Shown: piece by piece, positions 7,631-16,994 of the stretch
Layout: each line of letters begins with the position of its first letter
Numbering within the stretch: position 1 is the stretch's first letter
From: Candidatus Micrarchaeota archaeon
Lineage (GTDB): Archaea; Micrarchaeota; Micrarchaeia; Norongarragalinales; Norongarragalinaceae
Direction: 5' to 3'
Length of the DNA stretch: 64,000 nt
NCBI GenBank assembly: GCA_016207165.1
Contig: JACQQD010000009.1
Span: 96,001 to 160,000, forward strand
Made by a program: the position numbers and the translations under genes
Notes under the pieces: generated by a model
What the model was told of the DNA's origin: nothing
Seen by the model: only the letters and a program-made list of their open reading frames with translations
Databases searched by the model: none

Positions 7631-9442
7631 ATGGCGGTGAAGTTTTCCCCGAATAAGTTGTCATCGGTTGCCGAACAGATTCCTTGGAGCCGCGAGTCGC
7701 GGTTCTTCGGTTCCGCAACCGACGTGCACCGTTTTCGGCTGATTCCATCCGAGATTGACCCCAATCCCGAGTATCATTTGCAGGAAATTCTCCGTCAGTT
7801 TTCCGTTTGGCATCGGGTTCCCTTGAGCGCCCCCAAGGCCATGGAGCCACCGCGCGAGGTTCTCCAGCGCATTCAAGGAAAAATCAAGGCGGCGTTTCGG
7901 GTCATGCACCAAGCCCACGAGGGTCAGACGCGGCAGGCTTCCGGAGAACCGTATTGGACGCATCCCGTGCATACCGCGATTTGGGCGGCGCAAACCGCCA
8001 TGTCGTGGGAAGCCGTGTGCGCGGCGTTGCTTCACGACACCGTGGAGGATGGAAAAGTCAAATTGTCCGACATTCAACGGCAATTCGGCGACAACGTGGC
8101 TTACCTTGTTTACCGGTTGTCCAACTTTCGTTTCCGCAACGGCAAAGTCGTGAACGCTTGGAGCGACGATTACCACGCGGAACCCACCGAAAAAGACGTT
8201 CTCTTGGAAAAAAAGCATAAACTGGGGTTGGCGGCCCGAAAGCGCATGACGTTTCTCCGTGGACGCAATTATTCGGCGCGTTGGGAGCCCGTGGAAGTCC
8301 AAAACATGTTGAAGCGCTTTGAGCGGCAGGGCTACGCGCCGGAGTTTCTCAATCCCTTGGACATTCAAGCCATGATGATCAAGGGTTTGGACGTCGTCCA
8401 CAACGAGAACACGCAGTCGGGGTTGCCGGAGGAAAAAAGGCGGCGGTACGTGGAAAAACAGCAGGCGCTGGCGTTGGTGCACTTTTTGGAGGCGTTCAGC
8501 CCGGCGTACTTGGACTCGATTCCGTCGGAGCGGGCCGCACAATACCGCCAACCCGCCAACACGCAGGGGCCGTTTGGGTTTTACACGCGGCTGGCGGGAA
8601 GAAAGAAGCTGAATTTGGAGCGCCTTTCCCGTTTGCCGCCGGCGCACGCGCCCACCATCAACGTGCACGACAACGAGGATGGTTCGTACGACGTGCTTTT
8701 TCCGTATGCGGGGTTCGGTGGCGACAAGGCCGTCAATGACCAATTGTTTCTGGAACTCGTCAAGCAAATCCACCGGCGGCTGAATCCAGAAGGGGAAGTC
8801 ATTCACGATGAAAGCTTTTTGCCGCAGGGTTTTCCCCGTTTCCACGCCTTCCGCGTGCGTTTGGGAAACTTGGCTTTTGCGGATCTTGAAAGCGCGTTGC
8901 GGCACACGTACTTGAAGTATGCCGGGACGGCGTTTGAAACGGATGCCCACCAAGCCGATGCGGCCGGACTCTTTGCGGCGTACGAAGACCCAATGAAAAA
9001 AAGGGTGAGCATTTTCATTCCTGGAAGCGAATTTACGTTCGGAATCCGACCTGACCCGCACGAACATCCGGTTGAGTCGTTGGACCAGCTTCCCCACGCG
9101 ATTCGCGCGTTTTACCGGCACCGACACCCGGAGTTGGCGCAAGGCATTCACGTTGATGTCCCGGTTTCGCATCCATTCAATTCCACCATTTCCTTGCCCG
9201 TCAAATCGCCGCTGGACACCGTCGAGGGCTTGGAGCACCACTTGAAGCAGTTGGGTCACTACCTGGAGAACCTGAAGTTGCCGGATGCGGCGCCGGTTCC
9301 GCCAACGGACGAGGACCCCGATTCGGTTGATGCAAATGTTCGCGTCTCAAAGAAGTTCAAGCGGTACCGTTTTCAACGAAAAGGACCCAAGGGCAAAAGC
9401 GCGCCGCATGACCCATTCCAGCGTCCCAGAGACAAGGACTGA
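7631..9442 (+). CDS. RelA/SpoT-type HD hydrolase domain protein with a long unknown C-terminus
   Basis: AHEGQTRQASGEPYWTHP, AALLHDTVED, FGDNVAYLV; no recognisable synthetase, TGS or ACT domain; ATG 7631 follows a TTTTTAT box. Confidence 0.8.
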   Translation: MAVKFSPNKLSSVAEQIPWSRESRFFGSATDVHRFRLIPSEIDPNPEYHLQEILRQFSVWHRVPLSAPKAMEPPREVLQRIQGKIKAAFRVMHQAHEGQTRQASGEPYWTHPVHTAIWAAQTAMSWEAVCAALLHDTVEDGKVKLSDIQRQFGDNVAYLVYRLSNFRFRNGKVVNAWSDDYHAEPTEKDVLLEKKHKLGLAARKRMTFLRGRNYSARWEPVEVQNMLKRFERQGYAPEFLNPLDIQAMMIKGLDVVHNENTQSGLPEEKRRRYVEKQQALALVHFLEAFSPAYLDSIPSERAAQYRQPANTQGPFGFYTRLAGRKKLNLERLSRLPPAHAPTINVHDNEDGSYDVLFPYAGFGGDKAVNDQLFLELVKQIHRRLNPEGEVIHDESFLPQGFPRFHAFRVRLGNLAFADLESALRHTYLKYAGTAFETDAHQADAAGLFAAYEDPMKKRVSIFIPGSEFTFGIRPDPHEHPVESLDQLPHAIRAFYRHRHPELAQGIHVDVPVSHPFNSTISLPVKSPLDTVEGLEHHLKQLGHYLENLKLPDAAPVPPTDEDPDSVDANVRVSKKFKRYRFQRKGPKGKSAPHDPFQRPRDKD

Positions 9443-9447
9443 CTGGT

Positions 9448-10413
9448 TCAGGGTTTCTCTTTGAAGGTGACGTGGATGAGGCGGAGGCCGGCATGGCTGA
9501 CTTCCGCGTGCAGGGGGCTTCCGGCGGAGCGGCTTTCCTTTTCGACGTTTTCCGCGTGGGTTTGGACGGCGTGGATGAATCGCCGGAATTCCGTGTTTGC
9601 CACGCCCATCGGCAATTCGATGCTGACGACGTGGCCTTCTCGGGTTTTCGTCGTGGCCGTCATGGCCGGTACGGATTGGCTTTTCTCCCGGTCGTAGAAG
9701 TTCAGGCCTTGCATGCGGTCTTGGACGTTTTGGGCGGCGTCCTCTGGCGTGATGGGCAGCGGCCCGTAGTCCATGATGACCAGGCCCCCGCGTCCGGACA
9801 AGTTCGGCGAGTGGGGGCGGCCGCCCGGCACGATTTTCTTGACGCGCGCGCCCAGGACGTGGTGGTGTCCGAAAATCACGCTATCGGTTCCTTCATCCAG
9901 GTGGGCTTGGACTTCTTCGAGGGTGGCGGGTTTGCCGGATGGATCGGGTTTCAAATCCGCGGGCGTGCTGGCGGCCCATAAATGGGGGATTTTCTGTTGG
10001 ACCCGCATTTGGGCGACTTTCTTGATGATGAGGGCCCCAATGGTTTTTTTCTCGACGCCGTCCAACAAGGCGTGGGCGTCTAGTTCCCTTTGGATGGCTT
10101 CACGGAACTCCCTGGGCATCTTGGTGGAAAGGATGAAACATGCCTGGGTGTCGCCGTCGGGCTTGGTTTTCATGCGAATGTCTTCATACGACGGGTTTCG
10201 TGGAAGCTGGGCTTGATCGAATCGCGCGGTGGTCACCACGCCAATGAGTTTTCCCTTAAAGAACGCGCCGATTTGGAATTCGGGGTTGGCTTTCATGTGG
10301 CGTTGGATGGTTTTGTCGTCGATGACGAGGTGGTGGTCGGGCTTCCATTTTTGTTGGTGGAGTTCCAAGGCGGCGTGGATTTCTTCGGGTTTAATGGCTC
10401 GGACTTCCAGCAT
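9448..10413 (-). CDS. GNAT-like acetyltransferase-fold protein
   Basis: N-terminal VRAIKPEEI..ALEL, IGAFFKGKLIG, IGALII, HHVLGARVKKIVPG.RP, VIMDY. Confidence 0.55.
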   Translation of the reverse strand: MLEVRAIKPEEIHAALELHQQKWKPDHHLVIDDKTIQRHMKANPEFQIGAFFKGKLIGVVTTARFDQAQLPRNPSYEDIRMKTKPDGDTQACFILSTKMPREFREAIQRELDAHALLDGVEKKTIGALIIKKVAQMRVQQKIPHLWAASTPADLKPDPSGKPATLEEVQAHLDEGTDSVIFGHHHVLGARVKKIVPGGRPHSPNLSGRGGLVIMDYGPLPITPEDAAQNVQDRMQGLNFYDREKSQSVPAMTATTKTREGHVVSIELPMGVANTEFRRFIHAVQTHAENVEKESRSAGSPLHAEVSHAGLRLIHVTFKEKP

Positions 10414-10419
10414 AGTTCG

Positions 10420-10881
10420 TTAAAGCCCTTGGTCGTCTTTTTTCAGCTTTTCGGCTTTCTTTTTGAGGTAGCCGGCGACTTTTTTCCGTAGGGCCAAGTC
10501 GTTCACGGCCAGGATTTTGGCGGCGTACACGGCCGCGTTTTCGGCTCCCAGGATCGTGCCGTGCGAAACGCCGGGCGGCATGCGAAGCGAAGACCACACG
10601 TCAACCGCTTCGGTGCCCGGTGGGCAGGTGATGACGGGCCAGAACGTGGCGCATGCCAGCATTCCGGATAAGGCGTTGGAGAGGCCTGCGACGGCGACAA
10701 AAACGGTGGGCTCTTTGGATTGGTTGGCCGTTTCGGCCAATTCCAAAACTTTTTTCGGGGTTCGGTGGGCGGAAGCAATCCGGTATTCAACGGATACGCC
10801 GAATTCTTTTGCCGCGGAGCCGATTTGTTGGGCGAACGGCAAGTCGCTTTTGGAGCCCATGGCGATGATGATCTTACCCAT
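10420..10881 (-). CDS. purE: AIR carboxylase PurE (class II-like)
   Basis: MGSKSD, SAHRTP, AVAGLSNAL, PVITCPP, DVWSSLRMPPG. Confidence 0.92.
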   Translation of the reverse strand: MGKIIIAMGSKSDLPFAQQIGSAAKEFGVSVEYRIASAHRTPKKVLELAETANQSKEPTVFVAVAGLSNALSGMLACATFWPVITCPPGTEAVDVWSSLRMPPGVSHGTILGAENAAVYAAKILAVNDLALRKKVAGYLKKKAEKLKKDDQGL

Positions 10882-10887
10882 GTCCAA

Positions 10888-11793
10888 TCACCTGAATTTC
10901 TCTCCGGTCAACTGTTCGAACAATTCAATGTAGAGCCGGCTGGTTTCTTCAATCTTTTCTTTGGGAAGCGGGGGGATGTCTGGTTCCGCTTTTCCGGCTT
11001 TTCGGGCGGCGTACAAGGCTTCGTGGTACCCGGTTTCCCTGTAGTGGCTTCGAACAAACTCCTTGCTTTTCTCGACGTGGTTTCCTTTCTCAAATTCGGC
11101 GGCGTCCCAGAAGCGGTCCTCGTCGGCGGTGCCGAACGTGTCCACCACTATGAGTTCCCGGTTCTCGTCCAACGCGAACTCTTTTTTGCCGTCAACGTGG
11201 ATGAGTCCGCGTTTCTTGACGTGGTCGTTGATTTGCTCGTCGATGCGCAGCGTGGCTTCCCTCAGTTCATTCCACTGGTCGATGGATAACGCGGAAATTT
11301 TCATGGCTTCTTCTTTCGTCAGCGGCCGGTCGGTCTTCTCCAGTTTCGTGGTGACTTCAAAAAAGGGCTCCGGCAGCGTCTCGCCTTTTTTCACGGCGTG
11401 GCCCTCCGGGAAACCGATGTCCTCGGCTTTGACTTTTTCGTCCTGGAGGCGGTCGAAAAGCGAGCCGTAGGCGAAATAGCGGACGATGACTTCCAACGGA
11501 ATGAGGTAGTTGGTGGTTTTGGGAGTGATTTGGGAGTAGTCGTAAATCACGTTCACGCGCTTGACTTGCATCTGATTGGGGCCGGTGGTTTTGAGGTAAT
11601 GGCTTGGGATTTTGGCTTTCCGGCAGACGTCAAACCAGTACGCCGACGTGCGGCAGAGCGTTTCGCCTTTGAAGGGGATGTCAGAGGGAATGATTTTGTC
11701 GAACACGGACACTCGGTTGGAGAACTCAAATTCCAGGGTGTGCTCGTCGACTTCGTACACGTTTTTTACTTTTCCTTTGTGAAGCAGTTTCAC
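10888..11793 (-). CDS. purC: SAICAR synthetase
   Basis: GKVKNVY, RVSVFD, IPLEVIVR, VDGKKEF, DEDRFW, KEFVR. Confidence 0.95.
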   Translation of the reverse strand: MKLLHKGKVKNVYEVDEHTLEFEFSNRVSVFDKIIPSDIPFKGETLCRTSAYWFDVCRKAKIPSHYLKTTGPNQMQVKRVNVIYDYSQITPKTTNYLIPLEVIVRYFAYGSLFDRLQDEKVKAEDIGFPEGHAVKKGETLPEPFFEVTTKLEKTDRPLTKEEAMKISALSIDQWNELREATLRIDEQINDHVKKRGLIHVDGKKEFALDENRELIVVDTFGTADEDRFWDAAEFEKGNHVEKSKEFVRSHYRETGYHEALYAARKAGKAEPDIPPLPKEKIEETSRLYIELFEQLTGEKFR

Positions 11794-13097
11794 GGCTCGG
11801 ATTCCCTCCGGACGATGATGTCTTCGCGGTTGGGTCCCACGGACACGGAAAGCACGGGCACGCCAGCGTGCTTTTCCATGAAGGCCACGTATTTTTTGGC
11901 TTGAAGGGGCAACGCGTCAAAGCCTTTTGATTTTCCTTCGCGGCACACGGCGTTCCAGTCGGCGTCCTTGAAGCCGCTCAGGGTCTCGTACACGGGTTTT
12001 GCTTTTTCCAAAACAGAGTGGCGGGTTGGAAAATAGTCGTAGGTTTTTCCGCCGGATTGGTAGGCGGTGCACACCGGCAATTCGTCTAAATCCGAGAGGA
12101 TGTCCAGTTTCGTCACGTGCATGCCGTCGTAGCCGTTGAGTCGGTTTCCCAACCGGATGATGGTTAAATCCAGCCACCCGACGCGCCGCGGCCTGCCTGT
12201 CACGGTTCCGAATTCCTTGCCTTTGTCGCGAAGCGTTTCCCCGGCGTTTCCCTGGATTTCCGTGGGAAACGGTCCGGCGCCCACGCGCGTGGTGTACGCC
12301 TTGACCACGGTTTCCACGCGCTTTATTTTCTTTGGGGAGACGCCGGTGGACGCCGACGCGTTGCCGGCAACGGGTTGCGAGGAGGTGACGTAGGGGTAGG
12401 TGCCGAAGTTGTTGTCCAGCATGACGCCTTGCGCGCCCTCGAACAAGACGTTTTTTCCGGCGTCAAGCGCGCCATCGACTTCCTGGGACGCGTCGCAAAG
12501 ATAGGGTTCCAGTTGTCTTCCAAGTTCCGCGTATTCCTGGAACGTTTTTTCTTTTGAGGGCAATTGTTGGACGTTGAAGATTTCCTTCAAGGTTTTGGCG
12601 TGAACCGGATAGGATTTGTCCAACGCGGCTTCAAGTTGGACGGGGTTGACCAGGTCCTCCATGCGGATGCCCCACCGCGCGGCCTTGGACTCGTAGACCG
12701 GTCCAATGCCTCTTCCCGTCGTACCGATTTTGTGGGACCCGCTTTCTCGGGCCGCGTCCCAGTACAAGTGCCAGGGCATGATGACGTGCGCCCGAAAGTC
12801 CACGCCCAACAGGCTGGGGCCGATGCTTAACCCCATTTTTTCAAGGGTGTCCAACTCCTTTTTCAGCACCTTGGGGTCCACGACCACGCCGGAGGCAATG
12901 AGGCTCCGTTTTTTTCGGATGACGCCGGAGGGCATGAGCTGCAGTTTGAAGACTTGGCCGCCGGCGTGCACGGTGTGTCCCGCGTTGTTGCCGCCCTGGT
13001 AGCGGACCACGACATCGTATTCCTTACAAAGGTAGTCGACGATTTTTCCTTTGCCTTCATCGCCCCACTGGGCGCCAATGATGACCGTGCTTTTCAT
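11790..13097 (-). CDS. purA: adenylosuccinate synthetase
   Basis: QWGDEGKGK, GGNNAGHT, IGTTGRGIGP, FEGAQG, GTYPYVTSS, EFGTVTGRPRR. Confidence 0.98.
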   Translation of the reverse strand: MKSTVIIGAQWGDEGKGKIVDYLCKEYDVVVRYQGGNNAGHTVHAGGQVFKLQLMPSGVIRKKRSLIASGVVVDPKVLKKELDTLEKMGLSIGPSLLGVDFRAHVIMPWHLYWDAARESGSHKIGTTGRGIGPVYESKAARWGIRMEDLVNPVQLEAALDKSYPVHAKTLKEIFNVQQLPSKEKTFQEYAELGRQLEPYLCDASQEVDGALDAGKNVLFEGAQGVMLDNNFGTYPYVTSSQPVAGNASASTGVSPKKIKRVETVVKAYTTRVGAGPFPTEIQGNAGETLRDKGKEFGTVTGRPRRVGWLDLTIIRLGNRLNGYDGMHVTKLDILSDLDELPVCTAYQSGGKTYDYFPTRHSVLEKAKPVYETLSGFKDADWNAVCREGKSKGFDALPLQAKKYVAFMEKHAGVPVLSVSVGPNREDIIVRRESEP

Positions 13098-13107
13098 GGG
13101 CGTCAAC

Positions 13108-14496
13108 CTAGAATTTCGCGTCGACCGTGGACTCCTTGTAGTCGGACAGCTTTTGTTTCAGCCTGGCGGCCAAGCGCTTCGCTTTTTTCGCGGACAAGCC
13201 GACGTGTTTTTTGATGTCCACGTGCGACACCCTCTTTCTGAGCGGATTGTCTTTTCCTTGAAGGACTTGTTCCCAGGCGGCCATGCTTTCCTCGCGGAGT
13301 TTTTCGTGGGCCACTTGCCGGGACGCGCCTTTTTTTACGTAGTCCATGAGGAGCACTTCCGTCAAGGCAAACGGCGCGTGCACGTCGAGGTGTTTTCGCA
13401 CGACGGCGTCGTTGACTTGCAGTCCGTTTAGAATACGGTGGGACAAAAGCAGCATTTCGTCAAGCGCAAGGAAATCCTGTTCCATCCAAATGCGGCGGTT
13501 GGCGGAATCATCCAGCGTCCGCTCCAATGCGTTGTTTGCCGCATTCTCCCACGCGATGATGGGTGAGGCTGCAACGAGGCGCGCAAGTGAACACATTCGT
13601 TCCGAAGCCATGGGGTTGCGTTTGAACGGCATGGCGCTGGAACCCACTTGCTTTTTGTCGAAGGGTTCCTGGAGTTCCTGCTGCATTTGCAGGAGTCGCA
13701 CGTCCAAACCGATTTTGTGGAGCGTCTGCGCCAATCCGGCCAGGCAATCGGCCAGGATCAAGTCTTGTTTGCGGGGATAGGTTTGCGTGGCCACGTCAAA
13801 GGCTTGCAATCCCAGTTTTTCCAGGAAATCGGATTCCAGTTTCTCGACTTTTTTTTCGTCTTTCAAGAGTTCAAGAAAGCTCGCCGACGTGCCGACGGCG
13901 CCTTTCAGGCCCTTCGATTGCAAAACCAAAAGCAGCCATTCCAGGGTTAAAAGGTCGGCAAGCAGGTCTTGGGCCCAGACGGCAAAGCGGTATCCGAGGG
14001 TCGTGGGTTCGGCGGCTTGCAAGTGCGTGTACGCCACGCACGGCGTGTCCGCGTACTTCTCGATGAGCCGGTGAAGGGCGAAAAGCGTGGAAGCCGTGCG
14101 TTGGGCCAAGAGTTGGATGGCTTGCTTTTGGCGGAGCACGTCGGCGTTGTCCTGGATGTCCATGGACGTGGCGCCTACATGCAGTTTTCCGCCGCCGGTT
14201 TTGCATTGGGATGCAAACGTTTTCAGTTCAGCGACCATGTCGTGGCGGATTTGTTTTTCCAATTCAAGGGCTTTTTCCACGTCAACGTCGGGTACGTGTT
14301 TTTCGATGTCTTGGTACTCGGCTTTGGTCACCATTCCGGCTTGCATTTGCGCGTATGCGAGGGCTTGCCAGGTCTTGCGCCACGTCAGGCGCTTGTGGTG
14401 TTCCGAGAAAATCGACCGCATGGCCTCCGAGCCATACCGCCACGAAAAGGGCGACAAATAGTCGTTAAACCCGAAGGAGGCCACGGTTTTTCCCAC
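13108..14496 (-). CDS. purB: adenylosuccinate lyase
   Basis: H.GATSMD, THLQAAEPTTLG, GSSAMPFKRNP, ERTLDDSANRR. Confidence 0.96.
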   Translation of the reverse strand: MGKTVASFGFNDYLSPFSWRYGSEAMRSIFSEHHKRLTWRKTWQALAYAQMQAGMVTKAEYQDIEKHVPDVDVEKALELEKQIRHDMVAELKTFASQCKTGGGKLHVGATSMDIQDNADVLRQKQAIQLLAQRTASTLFALHRLIEKYADTPCVAYTHLQAAEPTTLGYRFAVWAQDLLADLLTLEWLLLVLQSKGLKGAVGTSASFLELLKDEKKVEKLESDFLEKLGLQAFDVATQTYPRKQDLILADCLAGLAQTLHKIGLDVRLLQMQQELQEPFDKKQVGSSAMPFKRNPMASERMCSLARLVAASPIIAWENAANNALERTLDDSANRRIWMEQDFLALDEMLLLSHRILNGLQVNDAVVRKHLDVHAPFALTEVLLMDYVKKGASRQVAHEKLREESMAAWEQVLQGKDNPLRKRVSHVDIKKHVGLSAKKAKRLAARLKQKLSDYKESTVDAKF

Positions 14497-14505
14497 CGTA
14501 TGCCA

Positions 14506-15231
14506 TCAATGGTTTTTTTGCTTATTAAAGCGTCCGTTGGTTGACGGACGCAGCGTGCCGTCGGCAATGCCTTTGAGGGTTTGCGGAAAAATGACGAAGT
14601 CGCCGGCTTTTTTGAGGCGTTCTTGGTGTTGGAGGGCGACTTTTTCGACTTGCGTTTTGTTTTGCGGGTCGAATCCTTTCGGGAGTTTCACGGCCACGGG
14701 ATTGGAGCGCATCAGAATGGGGCCCCCGTCAACTTCTTCAGACACCACGTGCGTGGTGGCGCGAAGCTGTTTTTCGCCGGCCAAAATCGCGTCGCGTACC
14801 GCGTGCGCGCCGGCGTATTTGCGTTTGCCGGTTTCGTTTGCAATGGATAAGTCGGCGGGGTGTACGTTGATGCCCAAAAACGCGTTGACCAACACCGTGG
14901 AGGCGATGGCCATGTACCCCGCAAAGGCCAGCACGTCGGGGTCGTGTCTCCGGAGTTTTCGGATGGTGATGCTGTCAAATTCGGCGCGAAGCGACAAGTC
15001 GGACTTCGGCTTGCCTTTTTTTTTGTAGAAGGCGACCAAATCGTTTTCCTCGCAGGGAATTTTGAACTTTTTGGCAAGCGCTTTGGCATTGGATTTTGGG
15101 TTGTCGGTGAAAATACAGACCACTTGATACGAGCGGCCGTTTTCTTCGCTTTCCAGAATGGATTTCGCCACCGACCCTTTGCCGCTCATGAGGATGGCCA
15201 CGCGCAGGGGTTTGGGAGGGGCTGGAGGCAT
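14506..15231 (-). CDS. purN: phosphoribosylglycinamide formyltransferase
   Basis: AILMSGKGS, FAGYM, INVHPAD, THVVSEEVDGGPI. Confidence 0.88.
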   Translation of the reverse strand: MPPAPPKPLRVAILMSGKGSVAKSILESEENGRSYQVVCIFTDNPKSNAKALAKKFKIPCEENDLVAFYKKKGKPKSDLSLRAEFDSITIRKLRRHDPDVLAFAGYMAIASTVLVNAFLGINVHPADLSIANETGKRKYAGAHAVRDAILAGEKQLRATTHVVSEEVDGGPILMRSNPVAVKLPKGFDPQNKTQVEKVALQHQERLKKAGDFVIFPQTLKGIADGTLRPSTNGRFNKQKNH

Positions 15232-15268
15232 AAAGCCTAATATGGGTTTCGTGCATTAATGGCTTTTC

Positions 15269-16159
15269 ATGGCCGCCACGATTTTGAAGGGCAAACCCGT
15301 TGCCGAGAAGATCCGCGAGGACTTGGCGCAGAAAGCCGCGGAACTGGCCAAAAAAGTCGGCCGGCCGCCCGGCTTGGCCGCGATTTTAGTGGGTGAGGAC
15401 CCTGCGTCGCAGGTTTACGTGTCCATGAAGCACAAGGCTTGCCAGGAAGCCGGCTTTCATTCGGAACTCATTCAATTGGAGGAATCCATTCCGCAGGAGG
15501 AATTGCTCAAGAAAATACGGGAACTCAACCGCCAAACCACCGTGGACGGCATCCTGGTGCAACTGCCTTTGCCCAAGCACCTCAACGAGGAAGTAGTGCT
15601 TGAAGCGGTAGCGCCGGAAAAGGACGTGGATGGGTTCCACCCTCAAAACCAGGGAAAGCTTTTGCTGGGTTTGGAGGGTTTTGTGCCGGCCACGCCCAAG
15701 GGAGTGATGCGGATGCTGTCGGAAGCCGGCGTCGCGCTCAAAGGAAAGCACGCCGTGGTAGTGGGCCGGAGCAACATCGTGGGAAAGCCGTTGGCGCTTT
15801 TGTTGTTGCGGGAGGACGCGACGGTGACGATTTGCCACTCCAAGACCAAGAAACTGGAGGAAATCACGCGGCAAGCCGACGTCTTGGTGGCGGCGGTGGG
15901 CAAAGCCGGTCTGATCACTGAAAAGCACGTCAAGGACGGGGCCGTGGTCATCGATGTGGGCACCACCCGGGAAAAGGGAAGGCTTCGCGGGGACGTGGAC
16001 TTTGACTCCGTGGTAAAAATTGCCTCGTTGTTGACGCCGGTTCCTGGCGGAGTCGGGCCCATGACCATCGCATTGCTTTTAGAGAACACGTTTTGGGCGT
16101 ACCAAAAGCGGAATGGCTTGCAGGCTGGAACGAATGAGAATTCAATAAGGCAAGGATAA
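15269..16159 (+). CDS. folD: methylene-THF dehydrogenase/cyclohydrolase
   Basis: GEDPASQVYV, GILVQLPLP, EKDVDGFHP, GRSNIVGKP, TPVPGGVGPMT. Confidence 0.97.
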   Translation: MAATILKGKPVAEKIREDLAQKAAELAKKVGRPPGLAAILVGEDPASQVYVSMKHKACQEAGFHSELIQLEESIPQEELLKKIRELNRQTTVDGILVQLPLPKHLNEEVVLEAVAPEKDVDGFHPQNQGKLLLGLEGFVPATPKGVMRMLSEAGVALKGKHAVVVGRSNIVGKPLALLLLREDATVTICHSKTKKLEEITRQADVLVAAVGKAGLITEKHVKDGAVVIDVGTTREKGRLRGDVDFDSVVKIASLLTPVPGGVGPMTIALLLENTFWAYQKRNGLQAGTNENSIRQG

Positions 16160-16175
16160 CGCAAGGCTACGAAGA

Positions 16176-16964
16176 ATGACCAAGTTGGTTTTTACGGTGG
16201 ATGTGGACCGCGATGTGGCGTGGCCCATAAACGGTTCGCATGTGGGCGGCTCAAAGCACCACTTCGAGCCGTCGTTTGAGTCTTCCCAGAAAGGCTTTTT
16301 CGCTCTCCTGGAGTTGGTCAACGAACTTTCGGTGCCTACCACTTTTTTTTTCGAGGCCGCCACGGCCAAACGCATTGGCCCCGTGTGGTTGGGCCACGAA
16401 GTGGCGTGCCACGGGTTTGACCACGAGGATTTCACCGGCAAAAAAACGGGCCGTCCATTGCCTGCGGTAAAGCGCCGCGTCATCCTTCAAAAGGCCAAGA
16501 CGGAGTTGGAGGAGTTGTTTGAAAGCCGGGTTTACGGGTTCCGGGCGCCGTACCTGCATTGGGACGTGGCGTTGTTGGAGATGCTTGGCCAGAACGGTTT
16601 CGCGTACGATTCCTCCGTCGTGGCCGGCGAGTTGGAAAAACCGCCGTTGCCGGAATTGTTTTTGCCGAGTTGGAGGGACCAAAACGCAAAGGCGTTGTCG
16701 GGATACTTGTGGCCGCTCATGGAGGGAAAAAGAGCGGTGGAGGACTACGTGTTGGCCGTGAAACAAGCGGTTTCCCAAAACGAGCCTTACGTGGTGTTGG
16801 CCACGCATTCCTGGCACACGCACGCCTCCGTCGAAAAAGGCGTTTTAAGCGAAGGCCAGGCCAACCGAAACGTGGGCCGCGTCCGCGAACTCTTGGACGC
16901 ATTTTTGGGCTTGGACGGCCTGGAATTCGTTTTGGGAAAGGAGGCCGTGCAGGCAAAGCTTTAA
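16176..16964 (+). CDS. polysaccharide deacetylase (NodB/CE4) family protein
   Basis: FTVDVD, GHEVACHGFDH, GFRAPYL, YDSS, THSW. Confidence 0.85.
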   Translation: MTKLVFTVDVDRDVAWPINGSHVGGSKHHFEPSFESSQKGFFALLELVNELSVPTTFFFEAATAKRIGPVWLGHEVACHGFDHEDFTGKKTGRPLPAVKRRVILQKAKTELEELFESRVYGFRAPYLHWDVALLEMLGQNGFAYDSSVVAGELEKPPLPELFLPSWRDQNAKALSGYLWPLMEGKRAVEDYVLAVKQAVSQNEPYVVLATHSWHTHASVEKGVLSEGQANRNVGRVRELLDAFLGLDGLEFVLGKEAVQAKL

Positions 16965-16994
16965 GCGGTTTTGCGACCAAATCGGCTATTGCGT

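Noticed and set aside
7540-7764. 74-aa ORF upstream of nadA as a leader peptide
   Set aside because: It overlaps the HD gene start and the divergent promoter, with no supporting features
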